Of a DNA stretch of 64,000 bases, positions 20,471 to 30,140 are shown piece by piece. This DNA comes from Nitrospirota bacterium. GTDB lineage: Bacteria > Nitrospirota > Nitrospiria > Nitrospirales > Nitrospiraceae. Where the stretch lies: NCBI GenBank assembly GCA_963701855.1, contig CAVPBK010000006.1, forward strand, positions 960,001 through 1,024,000, written 5' to 3'. The translations under genes and the position numbers were made by a program. A model generated the notes under the pieces. It saw only the letters and a list, made by a program, of their open reading frames with translations. It searched no databases and had not been told where the DNA came from. Each line of letters starts with the position of its first letter. Position 1 is the first letter of the stretch.

Positions 20471-23215
20471 TCACGACCATTTACCGGAAAGGCGGAGGTA
20501 CTGACGCAGCACAATTCCGTCTCGTTCCCACACATTTACACCAATCCGTAGCTGTTCTAAATACTGTTCCAATGTTTTCCCACCGAGATCGATTTTGCGT
20601 GTGGCGAAAAAGTCCCGCACGTCTCGTTCGAGTTCAGGTGTGGCGAGGCTGACGATCCCACCGCACATACGGCGTAGTCCTTGCTTGGGAAACAATTGGT
20701 CCATCTTCTCCCAGTTCGTTTTCAGAAAATCCCAGGCCAACTCTCTGCCATACACATTGCTCAGGATGGCACTGACGAGAAACGGCGCGTCCTGTGTGCG
20801 GATTTTCCCGCTGAGGGTGCGGCTGAGGGTGCGTTCGAGCAATGCCTTGGGTTGGAACGATGCGAGCGAGAAGAGATAGCGCCGTTCTTCTTGCGGGGTA
20901 GCGGCGGTGCGGAACTGCTCGTCAAATTCCTCGTACCTAGTCGCGTCACCCGTGTGCGCGAGGATCGCGACGAGCGAGGGCACGATATTGGGGTCAACGG
21001 CTGCCGGGTCATTGCGGTATGTCCGATACAGCTCAACTGCACGTCGTTGGATGGCCGGATCGTTGCCGAGTTTACCCTGTGCGCCAATCAGTTCACCCCG
21101 AAGTTGTTTCGTCAGCTCGCTCTCGCCGTTTTTTGGCTCCCAACCCAAGTCTGCTACGGCCGAACCGACCCGACCGCGTACGAACGCTTCGAACGCCGGA
21201 CGATCCTCCACGGTGATGATCCGGTTCAGGAAGGAAAAGGAGTCGAGTAATAGGGCCCAGACATTCCTGTCCCGATCCTCGGTGAAGCGGGTTGTCAGGT
21301 CGAGATAGTCCGTGAGGGGCATGAGGCCTGCGACGGTGATGGCCCAGGCGTCGTTGATAAGGTTAAACCGTTCGATGGCGGCGAGTCGGTCGATGCCGTT
21401 CAGTATCCGGTCGAGCAGATCCGGCGCATAGCGTACACGGTAGAAGCCATGGCCTCCCTCGTTGATCAGTATTGACTCCCAATCGTGAGGAAGCGGGATT
21501 GTCGTCTTCTTCTCCGTCAGCAACATGCGTGATGTACCGGCCTTGCCGCCTGCAATGACTCGCATCTGGAGCGGAATCTGCCATGTCTGGTCATGTGATG
21601 GACCGGACTGCTCGTCGCTCAAGTAACTGAACCGTTGTTGAGTGATTGTAAGTTCGGATGACGGACTCAAGTTGGCGGTTACGAGTGGGAACCCTGGTTG
21701 GAAAATCCAGCCGTCCATGAGTTCGGGCACCGGCTGTTTGGCGATCTTCCCCAGCGAAACCCAGAGATCGTTCGTGTCCGCGTTCCCATAAGCATGTGCG
21801 CGCAAGTAGTCGCGGACTCCGTCGCGGAAGACCGTCGGTCCGATGTGCTGCTCTAACATCCGGAGCACCGATGCGCCTTTTTCATAGGTTAGGACGTCGA
21901 ACATCGCGTCGGCATCCTTGGGAGCCTGCACCGGATATTCAATCGGTCTAGTGCTATGCAGTCCGTCTACGGAAAAGGCCGCAGCACGCGAGACGCCAAA
22001 ACTATCCCATCGTTTCCATTCCGGTTTCCAGGCGTCGACGGCCAGCATTTCCATGAAGGTGGCGAAGGCTTCGTTCAGCCAGAGCCCGTTCCACCAAGAC
22101 ATGGTCACTAAATCGCCGAACCACATGTGCGCATTTTCATGCGCGACCACATCGGCCACGCGCTCCAGTTCTCCATGCGTGGCGCTCTGCCGATCGACCA
22201 GCAAGGCCGTTTCACGGTAGGTAATGGCGCCCAGATTTTCCATGGCCCCTGAGGCAAAGTCTGGAATGGCGAGCAGATCGAGCTTGTCGCCTGGGTAGGG
22301 AATCCCATAATAGCGTTCAAAAAATGAAAGTGACGCCGCTGCAATGTCTTGACCAAATTTGGCCAGATGTTTTTTCCCAGGTATGGCCCACAAGCGAAGC
22401 GGGGTTTTGCCGATCATCACCGGTTCAGTCGGTTCGATCTGGCCCACAATGAATGCGACCAGGTAGGTGGACATCTTCATCGTATCGGCGAAACGGACCA
22501 CCTTTTTCCCGCTAACCAGCGTTTCAGCTGCGATCGCGCTGTTGGAGACCGCAATGAGCATTGGATCGACAACCAGCGTCGTGGCAAAGACGGCCTTGAA
22601 GTCCGGTTCATCCCAGCAGGGGAACGCCCGGCGGGCATCGGTGGCTTCGAACTGTGTCGCAGCCATATTGTGAACCGTTCCACGCTCGTCTTTGTAGGTG
22701 CTCCGGTAGAAACCGCGGAGCTTGTCGTTGAGCGTCCCGCAAAATGTCATCGCCAGCTTCCAAGTGCCAGGCGAGAGAGGATTGGTGAATATGAGATGGC
22801 AACGCTGGAGTGCTGCATCCAACGTAATCGTGGCCTGTCTTGCTGGGCCTGAATCTCCCTCAATCTTTGCCGAGATGATGTCGAGTTCAATGGCGTTGAG
22901 GACGATTTCAGAGGTTGGCTGGTGTACCTTGAGGGTGACGACTTCTTGTCCAGTAAAGCTTGAGGCAGGCAGGTCCGGTTCCAATCGTAAATCATAGCGA
23001 ATCGGGACCACATGCCTTGGAAGCCGATATGGATCGAGTGTGCCTGGAGAAAATGCCTGGTTCATATTTTCACCATTCGGTCGTTTGACAGCCGCTTGCA
23101 TGAAGGAACTGTTGAGGCACGAGCTGAGGAATGATGTAAGTGGAATGGTAAGGAGAAATAAGACATGCTTAATAAGCGCCTGTAGGGTCTGTCGCCTGCT
23201 GATGGGATTAGTCAT
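20471..23215 (-). CDS. M1 family aminopeptidase (PepN/puromycin-sensitive type)
   Basis: TQFEATDARRAFPCWDEP, GAMEN, HENAH-x18-E and YEKG. Confidence 0.95.
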   Translation of the reverse strand: MTNPISRRQTLQALIKHVLFLLTIPLTSFLSSCLNSSFMQAAVKRPNGENMNQAFSPGTLDPYRLPRHVVPIRYDLRLEPDLPASSFTGQEVVTLKVHQPTSEIVLNAIELDIISAKIEGDSGPARQATITLDAALQRCHLIFTNPLSPGTWKLAMTFCGTLNDKLRGFYRSTYKDERGTVHNMAATQFEATDARRAFPCWDEPDFKAVFATTLVVDPMLIAVSNSAIAAETLVSGKKVVRFADTMKMSTYLVAFIVGQIEPTEPVMIGKTPLRLWAIPGKKHLAKFGQDIAAASLSFFERYYGIPYPGDKLDLLAIPDFASGAMENLGAITYRETALLVDRQSATHGELERVADVVAHENAHMWFGDLVTMSWWNGLWLNEAFATFMEMLAVDAWKPEWKRWDSFGVSRAAAFSVDGLHSTRPIEYPVQAPKDADAMFDVLTYEKGASVLRMLEQHIGPTVFRDGVRDYLRAHAYGNADTNDLWVSLGKIAKQPVPELMDGWIFQPGFPLVTANLSPSSELTITQQRFSYLSDEQSGPSHDQTWQIPLQMRVIAGGKAGTSRMLLTEKKTTIPLPHDWESILINEGGHGFYRVRYAPDLLDRILNGIDRLAAIERFNLINDAWAITVAGLMPLTDYLDLTTRFTEDRDRNVWALLLDSFSFLNRIITVEDRPAFEAFVRGRVGSAVADLGWEPKNGESELTKQLRGELIGAQGKLGNDPAIQRRAVELYRTYRNDPAAVDPNIVPSLVAILAHTGDATRYEEFDEQFRTAATPQEERRYLFSLASFQPKALLERTLSRTLSGKIRTQDAPFLVSAILSNVYGRELAWDFLKTNWEKMDQLFPKQGLRRMCGGIVSLATPELERDVRDFFATRKIDLGGKTLEQYLEQLRIGVNVWERDGIVLRQYLRLSGKWS

Positions 23216-23913
23216 GCCCTCGTCGCAGGGTACGACTCAACCCCGTTGGCGGTGCCTACGATGAGCAGGTCTGTTCGTCCGACAAAGAGGCCTGTCTCGA
23301 CGACTCCGGGAATCAGGTTCAAGGCAATCTCAAGTTCTCGTGGGTTGTCGATCCGTGGAAGATGGACATCCAGTATCACATGGCCTGCTTCCGTGTTGAA
23401 GGGTGATCCGTTCCGTTCCCTGAGCACCACGCGACTCTGCGTGAGGGCCTCAATTTTTCGCGCCGTACTTCCCCAGCCGAAAGGGATCACCTCGATGGGG
23501 AGCGGGAATGATCCCCCCAATGCGGGAACTCGTTTGGTATGGTCGACCAAGACGATGAACTGCTTGGCCGAAGCCGCGACAATCTTTTCCTTCAGGAGCG
23601 CGCCGCCTCCGCCCTTGATGAGATTGAAGCCTGGATCAACCTGATCTGCCCCGTCGATCGCGACATCGATCACCCAGGCATTATCGGCATCGATGAGGGT
23701 AATTCCTTGTTGCACTGCGAGCGTGGCCGTTTCCTTCGACGTGGACACTCCGCGAAGCCTCATTCCCGCACGGACTTTTTCCCCCAGCGCGATGATCATG
23801 TGCTTGGCCGTCGAGCCGGTTCCGAGGCCCACAACCATCCCATCACGGACAAATTTAACGGCTGTTAACGCCGCGGCCTTCTTCAGACTGTCGAGGTCCT
23901 GGTTGCTTATCAT
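23212..23913 (-). CDS. rpiA: Ribose-5-phosphate isomerase A
   Basis: GLGTGST, DGADQVD, KGGGGALLKEK and PGVVETGLF. Confidence 0.97.
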   Translation of the reverse strand: MISNQDLDSLKKAAALTAVKFVRDGMVVGLGTGSTAKHMIIALGEKVRAGMRLRGVSTSKETATLAVQQGITLIDADNAWVIDVAIDGADQVDPGFNLIKGGGGALLKEKIVAASAKQFIVLVDHTKRVPALGGSFPLPIEVIPFGWGSTARKIEALTQSRVVLRERNGSPFNTEAGHVILDVHLPRIDNPRELEIALNLIPGVVETGLFVGRTDLLIVGTANGVESYPATRA

Positions 23914-24983
23914 GGTATGGGGGGCTGGGAGAGGGACGCGGCTATAGATGCGGCGCCAAGTAAGGCGGTCTGCTGATTAAGTACCACTTTCACCGGGATC
24001 GAACTCATCAAGCGAGTATAGCGACCTTTGTTGGTGAAGGCCTTCATGAATGTTCCGTCTTTCAGTTTGGCCAACAACTTCGGTGCGATGCCGCCGCCCA
24101 CATACACGCCGTTGAGTGCCATGGCCTTCAGGGCAAGATTACCGGCTTCGGCTCCATAGATGGAAGCGAACAAGTCGAGCGCCTGCTTGGCGATGTCTGC
24201 CTGTCCCTTGAGCCCAGCTTCTGCGATCACCGCAGCAGGGTTGCCGGCTTTGATTTGCTCCGAGAGCCATGTGGGCTCATTCTTCTTACTGTCCCGGACA
24301 TAGTCATAGATAGCATGCAGACCGGGGCCGGACAATACCCGCTCGTAACTCACATGCAGGTAGTTACCCCGCAGATAGCGTAGCAGTTCAATTTCGTTGT
24401 CATTGTTCGGTGCGAAGTCCGCATGCCCCCCTTCCGACGGCATCGGCTGATAGCGCGAACCATTCCAGAAGAGGATGGATTCGCCCAGTCCGGTTCCCGC
24501 TGCGATCAGGGCGAGCGCCTGGTTGTGCGGTGGAGGAGTTCCGGCGTTGAGGATTTCGACTTCGTCCGATCGGAGCAACAGAATCCCGTGGGCCATGGCT
24601 TCGAGATCGTTGAGCAGCTTCACTCTCGGTATGCCGAAATGTTTTGCCAGGGTTGCGCCATCAATCACCCATGGGAGATTGGTCGTATGGCAACGGTTCT
24701 GAATCACGGGACCGGCGACACCGAAACAGGCCGCGTCGATTGTCAGTGGTTTTTCCGCTTGGCGCTCCGGTTTCAGCTCGGCATCGTCCCCCTCCTCGAT
24801 TGCGAATTCGTCTATGGAGATTGGGGGCTTCGGTGGGACGAGAAATTCCGCGAGCATGTCCTCGAGCGAGGTGTAATCGGCGCTGTGGAATGTCTCCAAT
24901 CGGACGGGATCGACGCGATGCTTCCTCCAATCGAACAGGGCCAAGTGAGTTTTGGTGCCTCCGATATCTCCAGCAACGATCAT
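23910..24983 (-). CDS. glk: Glucokinase
   Basis: GDIGGTKT, GVAGPV, LNDLEA, GTGLG, SEGGH and GGIAPK. Start trimmed to MIVAGD with GAGGA RBS. Confidence 0.95.
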   Translation of the reverse strand: MIVAGDIGGTKTHLALFDWRKHRVDPVRLETFHSADYTSLEDMLAEFLVPPKPPISIDEFAIEEGDDAELKPERQAEKPLTIDAACFGVAGPVIQNRCHTTNLPWVIDGATLAKHFGIPRVKLLNDLEAMAHGILLLRSDEVEILNAGTPPPHNQALALIAAGTGLGESILFWNGSRYQPMPSEGGHADFAPNNDNEIELLRYLRGNYLHVSYERVLSGPGLHAIYDYVRDSKKNEPTWLSEQIKAGNPAAVIAEAGLKGQADIAKQALDLFASIYGAEAGNLALKAMALNGVYVGGGIAPKLLAKLKDGTFMKAFTNKGRYTRLMSSIPVKVVLNQQTALLGAASIAASLSQPPIP

Positions 24984-25008
24984 CACGTCCTCTTGCGCCC
25001 GCACGTTG

Positions 25009-25720
25009 TTAATGTTTCGGATGCTCGGTTGCTGCAGCTCGGTCGAGGAACCAGTTGAGTCGGCCCTCCTCTGGCTCGACCAGCGCAGCCGAAAGTTGTC
25101 GTTCCGCCTCGGTCTTTGGATCGAGGATGGCTTTGCCGGCTCCCGCGACAAGAAACAATATCATAATCGCCCAGTTGATCACACCTAGAGTCATGGTCAG
25201 TCTGTTGGGTGGTTCTTTCGAAGATTGGGTTGCCGCAATCAGGCGTTGATGATCCCGTAAGATCGGTGTTCCGGGAAAGAGAGAGGCCGTGTGCCCGTAT
25301 TCGCCAGCCCCAAGAGGATGAGTTCAAGGGATGGCTGGGAGGATGATAAGGTCTTCGCGCAAGACGCAGCCGCTGTTCGTACTCAGAGACTGCTGCTTGT
25401 GGGTCACTGGGTTCCCCTACCATACGATAGACCTGCGAGGGCATAATATTTAGAGCAGCGATCAGGGTTTTATCGGCCAAGGCGTAGTTACTCCGAGTAT
25501 CATTCAGAGGGACGCAGAGTTCATCGCTGAACAATGGTGGCCTGGGACCAATCGAAGCAATCGGCGAAGGTGGGAGAGGCCAGCGTTCTGTAGAGGGTTT
25601 CCGGCGTCGTGCCGCCTGAGAGGGCAATGAGGAATCAACCATTCGCGCGAACGATCTCGTTGCCACCTCCAGTACAAACGCAGCTGCAGCTTCAGCCACT
25701 GTATGCCTGTCGCTCTAGAG
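25009..25720 (-). pseudogene. pgl: 6-phosphogluconolactonase, multiply disrupted
   Basis: Fragments in different frames: G*FLIALSGGTTPETLY, SDELCVP..DTRSNY, LGAGEYGHTASLFP and TLGVIN..ILFLVAGAGKA...WFLDRAAA. Confidence 0.85.
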
Positions 25721-25733
25721 GCGGGTGCCCCGC

Positions 25734-26882
25734 TCAGGTTTCTTCCTTTCGGTCATCGAACGTCGCTAAGGTCAGCGCCACCGAGTTCTGTTCATGTAGC
25801 GCGCCGACGATGGTGACCGGCGTCCCCTTCGCGACTCGGTCATAGAGAGGGGCCATTAGTGAATTGTCGAGCATGACGCACCCCAATGTTTGGGCCATCA
25901 GTTCGTTCTCAACCCCATGGATTTCGATTTGCCCCCCGATGGCTCTCGATGCTGGAATCTGCCCCGTCTTCTGCCCGAGTTGGTAGCGTCGCCGATCATC
26001 TTTGTTGGGATAGTCGAGAACCAAGGTCTGGTAAGATTGGGTCTGCCCCTGTCTACCCTTGCTGCTGATTCGATATCGGCCTTCCGGGGTGGCTCCGTCT
26101 TCCTGGTATTGCTTCTCCCGAATACCATTGAGCCCGAGACGGACAGGGTATGACAATACTTTTTGTCCGTTTTTGTAGAGAGTCAATACTCGATCTGCCT
26201 TGTTAATGACAATCGCCGAGGTTCGGTGGGTACGTGACCAGGTAATGGTATGCTTGGCCATCTCTTGCCACCGGCTGATTCGATCTCGATCAGCGTACCG
26301 CCCCAATTCGCTGTTCAACCAGGCCGCTTGCGTCGCCAGACTCTGCGTAGCTCGGTCTAATGCGTCGAGAGATCGATCGTACTGACCCTGTTCATAGAGC
26401 GAATGGGCTTGCTTCATAGATAGTTCGATTTCATCGAACCTCTGTCTCGGCAGGAGGCGACTATCGATGGCATTGACTTGCAGGGTCATCACCCGGAATC
26501 GATTCTCGACCCGGACGATCTTATCTTCGGCTGAGCGACGGAGCGATTCACGTTCCTTCGTGAGGCGGGCAACTGTGAGGGATCCTTCTGCTTGAAGCCG
26601 GCGAAGGGCGACTTCCAAGTCGTTGGGTTCCCACGGCCAACGGACCAGATCCTCATCGGCCTGGACACGAACTTTTAGGGCCATCCACTGGTGGGCGAAC
26701 TTGGTATAGTCGGTGGGCGAAAATTCAGCCGCCCGTAATTTCATCAGGTCTCGATCAGTATTTTCAATCGCTTCGACCACGTCTTGAGGCACGGCCTCCT
26801 CACAGCCGGAGACGGAGCCTACGAGTGCCACGGCTCCCCAGCCCAAGAGCATCCATGTTAGTCGTGGACAATGACTGGACAT
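25734..26882 (-). CDS. L,D-transpeptidase (YkuD domain) lipoprotein with helical N-terminus
   Basis: Lipobox-like VSGC, TPEGRY, LDYPN, IEIHG...TLGCVML and GTPVTI. Confidence 0.85.
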   Translation of the reverse strand: MSSHCPRLTWMLLGWGAVALVGSVSGCEEAVPQDVVEAIENTDRDLMKLRAAEFSPTDYTKFAHQWMALKVRVQADEDLVRWPWEPNDLEVALRRLQAEGSLTVARLTKERESLRRSAEDKIVRVENRFRVMTLQVNAIDSRLLPRQRFDEIELSMKQAHSLYEQGQYDRSLDALDRATQSLATQAAWLNSELGRYADRDRISRWQEMAKHTITWSRTHRTSAIVINKADRVLTLYKNGQKVLSYPVRLGLNGIREKQYQEDGATPEGRYRISSKGRQGQTQSYQTLVLDYPNKDDRRRYQLGQKTGQIPASRAIGGQIEIHGVENELMAQTLGCVMLDNSLMAPLYDRVAKGTPVTIVGALHEQNSVALTLATFDDRKEET

Positions 26883-26946
26883 ACAGCAAATCTACCGTAC
26901 TTCTTCTTGGATGCAGAGTGTTTTCCTTTTCCAATCTTTGCAATGC

Positions 26947-26962
26947 GCAAGGGTAATGCCAA
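26947..26962 (-). promoter_or_regulatory. Putative sigma54 promoter (L,D-transpeptidase)
   Basis: TTGGCATTACCCTTGC, GG-N10-GC. Confidence 0.55.
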
Positions 26963-27204
26963 GGATATCATGGAAAGGGCTAAGAATAAGCGACGCTGTT
27001 ACGACCGTATAAAGATTATGAGAGTACGAGAGGTTCACGAGATCTTGGGGCAGTCTAGTCTGTCAGCAACAAAAACGCCTCGATGCAAGGGGTTATCAAT
27101 GGACTATGACTGATTTCTCCTGGGGTTTAGCAGGCCAGGAATAACGATGTCGGCCTGCCTGAAATCCAATGATCCGCCTGTCTGGGACAAGCCCGGCCTG
27201 TCTG

Positions 27205-27272
27205 ATTCATCTGGTTTGTTTAGTTCGTCTAGTTGGTCTTGTTTAACCAAGTAAACGAAACAAACCAAATAA
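27205..27272. repeat. Imperfect palindrome of ~9-bp units (tctggtttg / aaaccaaat type)
   Basis: T/G-rich units followed by complementary A/C-rich units; same style as 30031..30097. Confidence 0.55.
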
Positions 27273-27321
27273 CAGTTTTCCTATGGGCAAGGAGACCGTT
27301 CCAAGATGAATAGCACGAAGT

Positions 27322-27350
27322 TTGACAGGGTATCAGCCCGTCCCTATAAT
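27322..27350 (+). promoter_or_regulatory. Consensus sigma70 promoter of rpmH
   Basis: TTGACA-17 nt-TATAAT, perfect consensus. Confidence 0.9.
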
Positions 27351-27392
27351 GCCCAGGTCACTTGTGAGTCTTCTTAGGCAAGGAGCGATCGT

Positions 27393-27530
27393 ATGTCGTT
27401 TACATCTCAGCAGCCGTCGAACCTCAAGAGAAAACGTGAACATGGATTCCGTAAGCGGATGAGCACGAAGAACGGTCGGAAGGTCTTGGCTCGTCGCCGC
27501 GCCAAGGGACGAGCTCGCTTAACAGTATAG
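27393..27530 (+). CDS. rpmH: 50S ribosomal protein L34
   Basis: [54 protein letters not shown]. Confidence 0.97.
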   Translation: MSFTSQQPSNLKRKREHGFRKRMSTKNGRKVLARRRAKGRARLTV

Positions 27531-27694
27531 ATTGAGCGACGCTGACTAGGGCTGCACGAAGGAATCTTTGCCCTCCGTTATGTGCCCCGGACAAGGTAGT
27601 TCCCATCACAGGGTGCCAGTGTGTGGTCATGGCCGAGTCCGTAGATCCGGGCTCGAAGAGGAAGTCCTGTGCAAGCTAGCCTTCTCCCAGGATA

Positions 27695-28057
27695 ATGACG
27701 ATGCCGCAGGGTGGAGGTGACAGGGATCTGTTCCTGAAACGTAGCCGCGACATCGAGTATGCCAAGCAGCATGGCCATCGTATCTCGACCGCCCTCTTTA
27801 ATGTAGTAATTTGCCGGACTGACATGAATGGCAGCCGGATCGGTATTGTGGTGGGAAAACGATTCGGTGGAGCCGTCAGCCGAAATCGGGTAAAGCGTCT
27901 GTTTCGGGAGCTCACGCGTCAACTACGCGGTCAATTGCTCCCTGGACATGCCCTGGTTGTCTTCCCCAAACGGGATTCGATTTCGCAACCCTTTGCTGTC
28001 TTGAAAGAGGTGTGGTTATCGATGCTTCAGCGCCAACGGCTGCTTCGTGCTATATGA
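27695..28057 (+). CDS. rnpA: Ribonuclease P protein component
   Basis: RIGIVVGKRFGGAVSRNRVKRLFRE (RNR motif); synteny with rpmH and yidC. Confidence 0.92.
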   Translation: MTMPQGGGDRDLFLKRSRDIEYAKQHGHRISTALFNVVICRTDMNGSRIGIVVGKRFGGAVSRNRVKRLFRELTRQLRGQLLPGHALVVFPKRDSISQPFAVLKEVWLSMLQRQRLLRAI

Positions 28058-28063
28058 GGACTA

Positions 28064-28271
28064 GTGTGTGCCAGAGGCGTCTGACTATGCTTGCCGGTTA
28101 CCCTATTGGATCTCGTCCCTCCTTAGGCCAACCTGTCATTCTGAAGCGACCTGCTCTGAGTATACGAGGGCCGCGATCAGTCGGTAGAGGGAGCCGGGTG
28201 GAAGCAAGCGTGTGCTCTGCCGTCTGTTGAAAAATTACCCGTTTCTGCCCGAGGGAATGGATTCTCTGTGA
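28064..28271 (+). pseudogene. yidD: Membrane insertion efficiency factor YidD, decayed
   Basis: YWISSLLRPTCHSEATCSEYTRAAISR*...CRLLKNYPFLPEGMDSL* resembles YidD (CRFxPTCSxY, RLLKCHP..PGGxD); lies between rnpA and yidC. Confidence 0.75.
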
Positions 28272-28315
28272 AGCGGTAGGGGCACAATTGTTCACTTCGT
28301 GGTAGCGGTTTATTT

Positions 28316-30016
28316 ATGGACAAACGCGTTATAGCATTTCTCGTTCTGTCGTTAGCGATCATACTAGGATTTGACTTGGTTCTCAGGCAGATGGGGTGGC
28401 TTCCTGAGCCACCTCCTGCTCAGGATGGCTCTGCCCAGGCCCCCTCTTCCCCGGTGCAAGAGCCAACTTCCTCCCTCCAGACAGGCAAGGACAGTGCTTC
28501 AACCGGTTCGAGTGTCCCAATCCAATCAGGCACAAAGTCTGGCGCTCCTGCGTCGGGTATTTCTCTGCCAGCATCGGAACAGACGGTGACGTTTGAGACA
28601 GATCTAGTTCGGGTCGAGTTGTCGAATCGTGGCGGGGTGATTCGAAGTTGGGAGCTGAAGCGATACCATACGGGGCCTCCTGAAGCAAAGCCAGTACAAC
28701 TTGTCTATCAAGGGGGAAAGTTCAAAGGCCCACTCTCGATTACAGTCGCGAATGCCGACATCGACAAGACGATTCGAGAAGGACTCTACAATATTGAAAA
28801 AGACTTTACGAAGCTCGATGCCGCTCATCCTGTCGGGCATGTCACGATGCGGTTCCACGATGCAGCAACCCATCTCGACGTGGAGAAACGGCTGACATTT
28901 CATCATGATAGTTATTTGGTGGATATGTCGTTCGCCGTCGAGGGAGTGACCGAGTCCTTTGATGTCGGGTTAGGGACGAATTTCGGTATCGTGGAGTGGG
29001 GCGATGGATTCATCGGTCTGATTGGATCAGCCTCGCAGGTCGATAATAAAATAGAAAAAGAGACCCCGGAGAAAGAACTTGAGCGAAAGGGGTCGGTTCA
29101 GTGGGTCGCCTTGCAGGATAAGTATTTTCTATCGGTGTTACTGCCGAAAGAAGGTGCTGCCGCTCTCGCCAAGACGGAAGACCCGAAAATTGTCTCGGCC
29201 GGGGTACGGATGGCCGCGTCAGGGGCAGCCTCCTCGGTTGCGCTTCAGCTGTATGCAGGCCCGAAGGAATACGACACGCTCCGCTCCTTGGGCGCAGGCC
29301 TGGAAGATATGATCGATTTCGGATGGTTCATCTATGGCAGTTGGACTATCGTGAAATCGGTGGCCAAGCCGATCTTTTACGTGCTGCGATTCATCCATGA
29401 CTATGTCGGTAACTATGGGATCACCATCATTCTGCTGACAGTGGCGATCAAAGTGTTATTTGTGCCGTTGCAATACAAAAGCTACAAATCGATGAAAATG
29501 ATGCGAGTGATCCAACCAAAGATCAAAGAAGTCCAAGAGAAATATAAGGGTGACCGCGATCGCCTGAACAAGGAGTTAATGAAGCTGTATCGGGAGCAAA
29601 AAGTGAATCCACTGGGCGGGTTTCTCCCAATGTTCTTGCAGATGCCGGTCTTCATTGCCCTATTCAATGTCCTCTACATGTCGATCGACTTGCGCCAAGC
29701 CCCTTTCATGCTCTGGGTTTCCGATTTATCGTTGCAGGACCCCTATTATGTGCTGCCGGTGATCATGGGAGTGACCATGTTTATTCAACAGAAGATCACC
29801 CCCACTACGATGGATCCGGCACAGGCGAAGATCATGTTGGTGCTCCCGATAGGCATGACATTCTTGTTCGTCAATTTTCCCGCGGGCTTGGTGCTGTATT
29901 GGCTGACGAACAATACCCTGACCATCACTCAACAATTGGTCACGGATCGTTTTCTCTTGACCGACAAGGCCCTGCTCGCGGCAGGGGCTGAACAGAGCGG
30001 CAGCACGAGCGCATAG
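28316..30016 (+). CDS. yidC: Membrane protein insertase YidC
   Basis: LYAGPK, IDFGW, GNYGITII, NPLGG.LP..LQMP and PAGLVLYW. Confidence 0.97.
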   Translation: MDKRVIAFLVLSLAIILGFDLVLRQMGWLPEPPPAQDGSAQAPSSPVQEPTSSLQTGKDSASTGSSVPIQSGTKSGAPASGISLPASEQTVTFETDLVRVELSNRGGVIRSWELKRYHTGPPEAKPVQLVYQGGKFKGPLSITVANADIDKTIREGLYNIEKDFTKLDAAHPVGHVTMRFHDAATHLDVEKRLTFHHDSYLVDMSFAVEGVTESFDVGLGTNFGIVEWGDGFIGLIGSASQVDNKIEKETPEKELERKGSVQWVALQDKYFLSVLLPKEGAAALAKTEDPKIVSAGVRMAASGAASSVALQLYAGPKEYDTLRSLGAGLEDMIDFGWFIYGSWTIVKSVAKPIFYVLRFIHDYVGNYGITIILLTVAIKVLFVPLQYKSYKSMKMMRVIQPKIKEVQEKYKGDRDRLNKELMKLYREQKVNPLGGFLPMFLQMPVFIALFNVLYMSIDLRQAPFMLWVSDLSLQDPYYVLPVIMGVTMFIQQKITPTTMDPAQAKIMLVLPIGMTFLFVNFPAGLVLYWLTNNTLTITQQLVTDRFLLTDKALLAAGAEQSGSTSA

Positions 30017-30030
30017 GCGTCCCCCGACTG

Positions 30031-30125
30031 GTCTATCTCGTTTGTTTGGTTGAACCAGACAGACCAAGTAGACCAGATAAACCAAATGAACAAGACAGGC
30101 CGGCGGACTTTTTCTGCATCCTGCT
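30031..30125. repeat. 9-bp unit repeat (agaccagat type) plus a MITE-like right end (tttttctgcatcctg)
   Basis: accagacag accaagtag accagataa accaaatga tandem units; terminal motif matches the right end of the 38183 element. Confidence 0.6.
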
Positions 30126-30140
30126 AGTGAAAGAGACGTC

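Noticed and set aside
24984..25151. N-terminal extension of glucokinase in the ORF track
   Set aside because: Overlaps the pgl remnant. The RBS and homology start at MIVAGD (24983).
24983..25699. 238-aa and 61-aa ORFs as independent genes
   Set aside because: Both are pieces of the pgl pseudogene
27205..30097. CRISPR array
   Set aside because: The repeats are short degenerate 9-mers without spacers, and no cas genes are present
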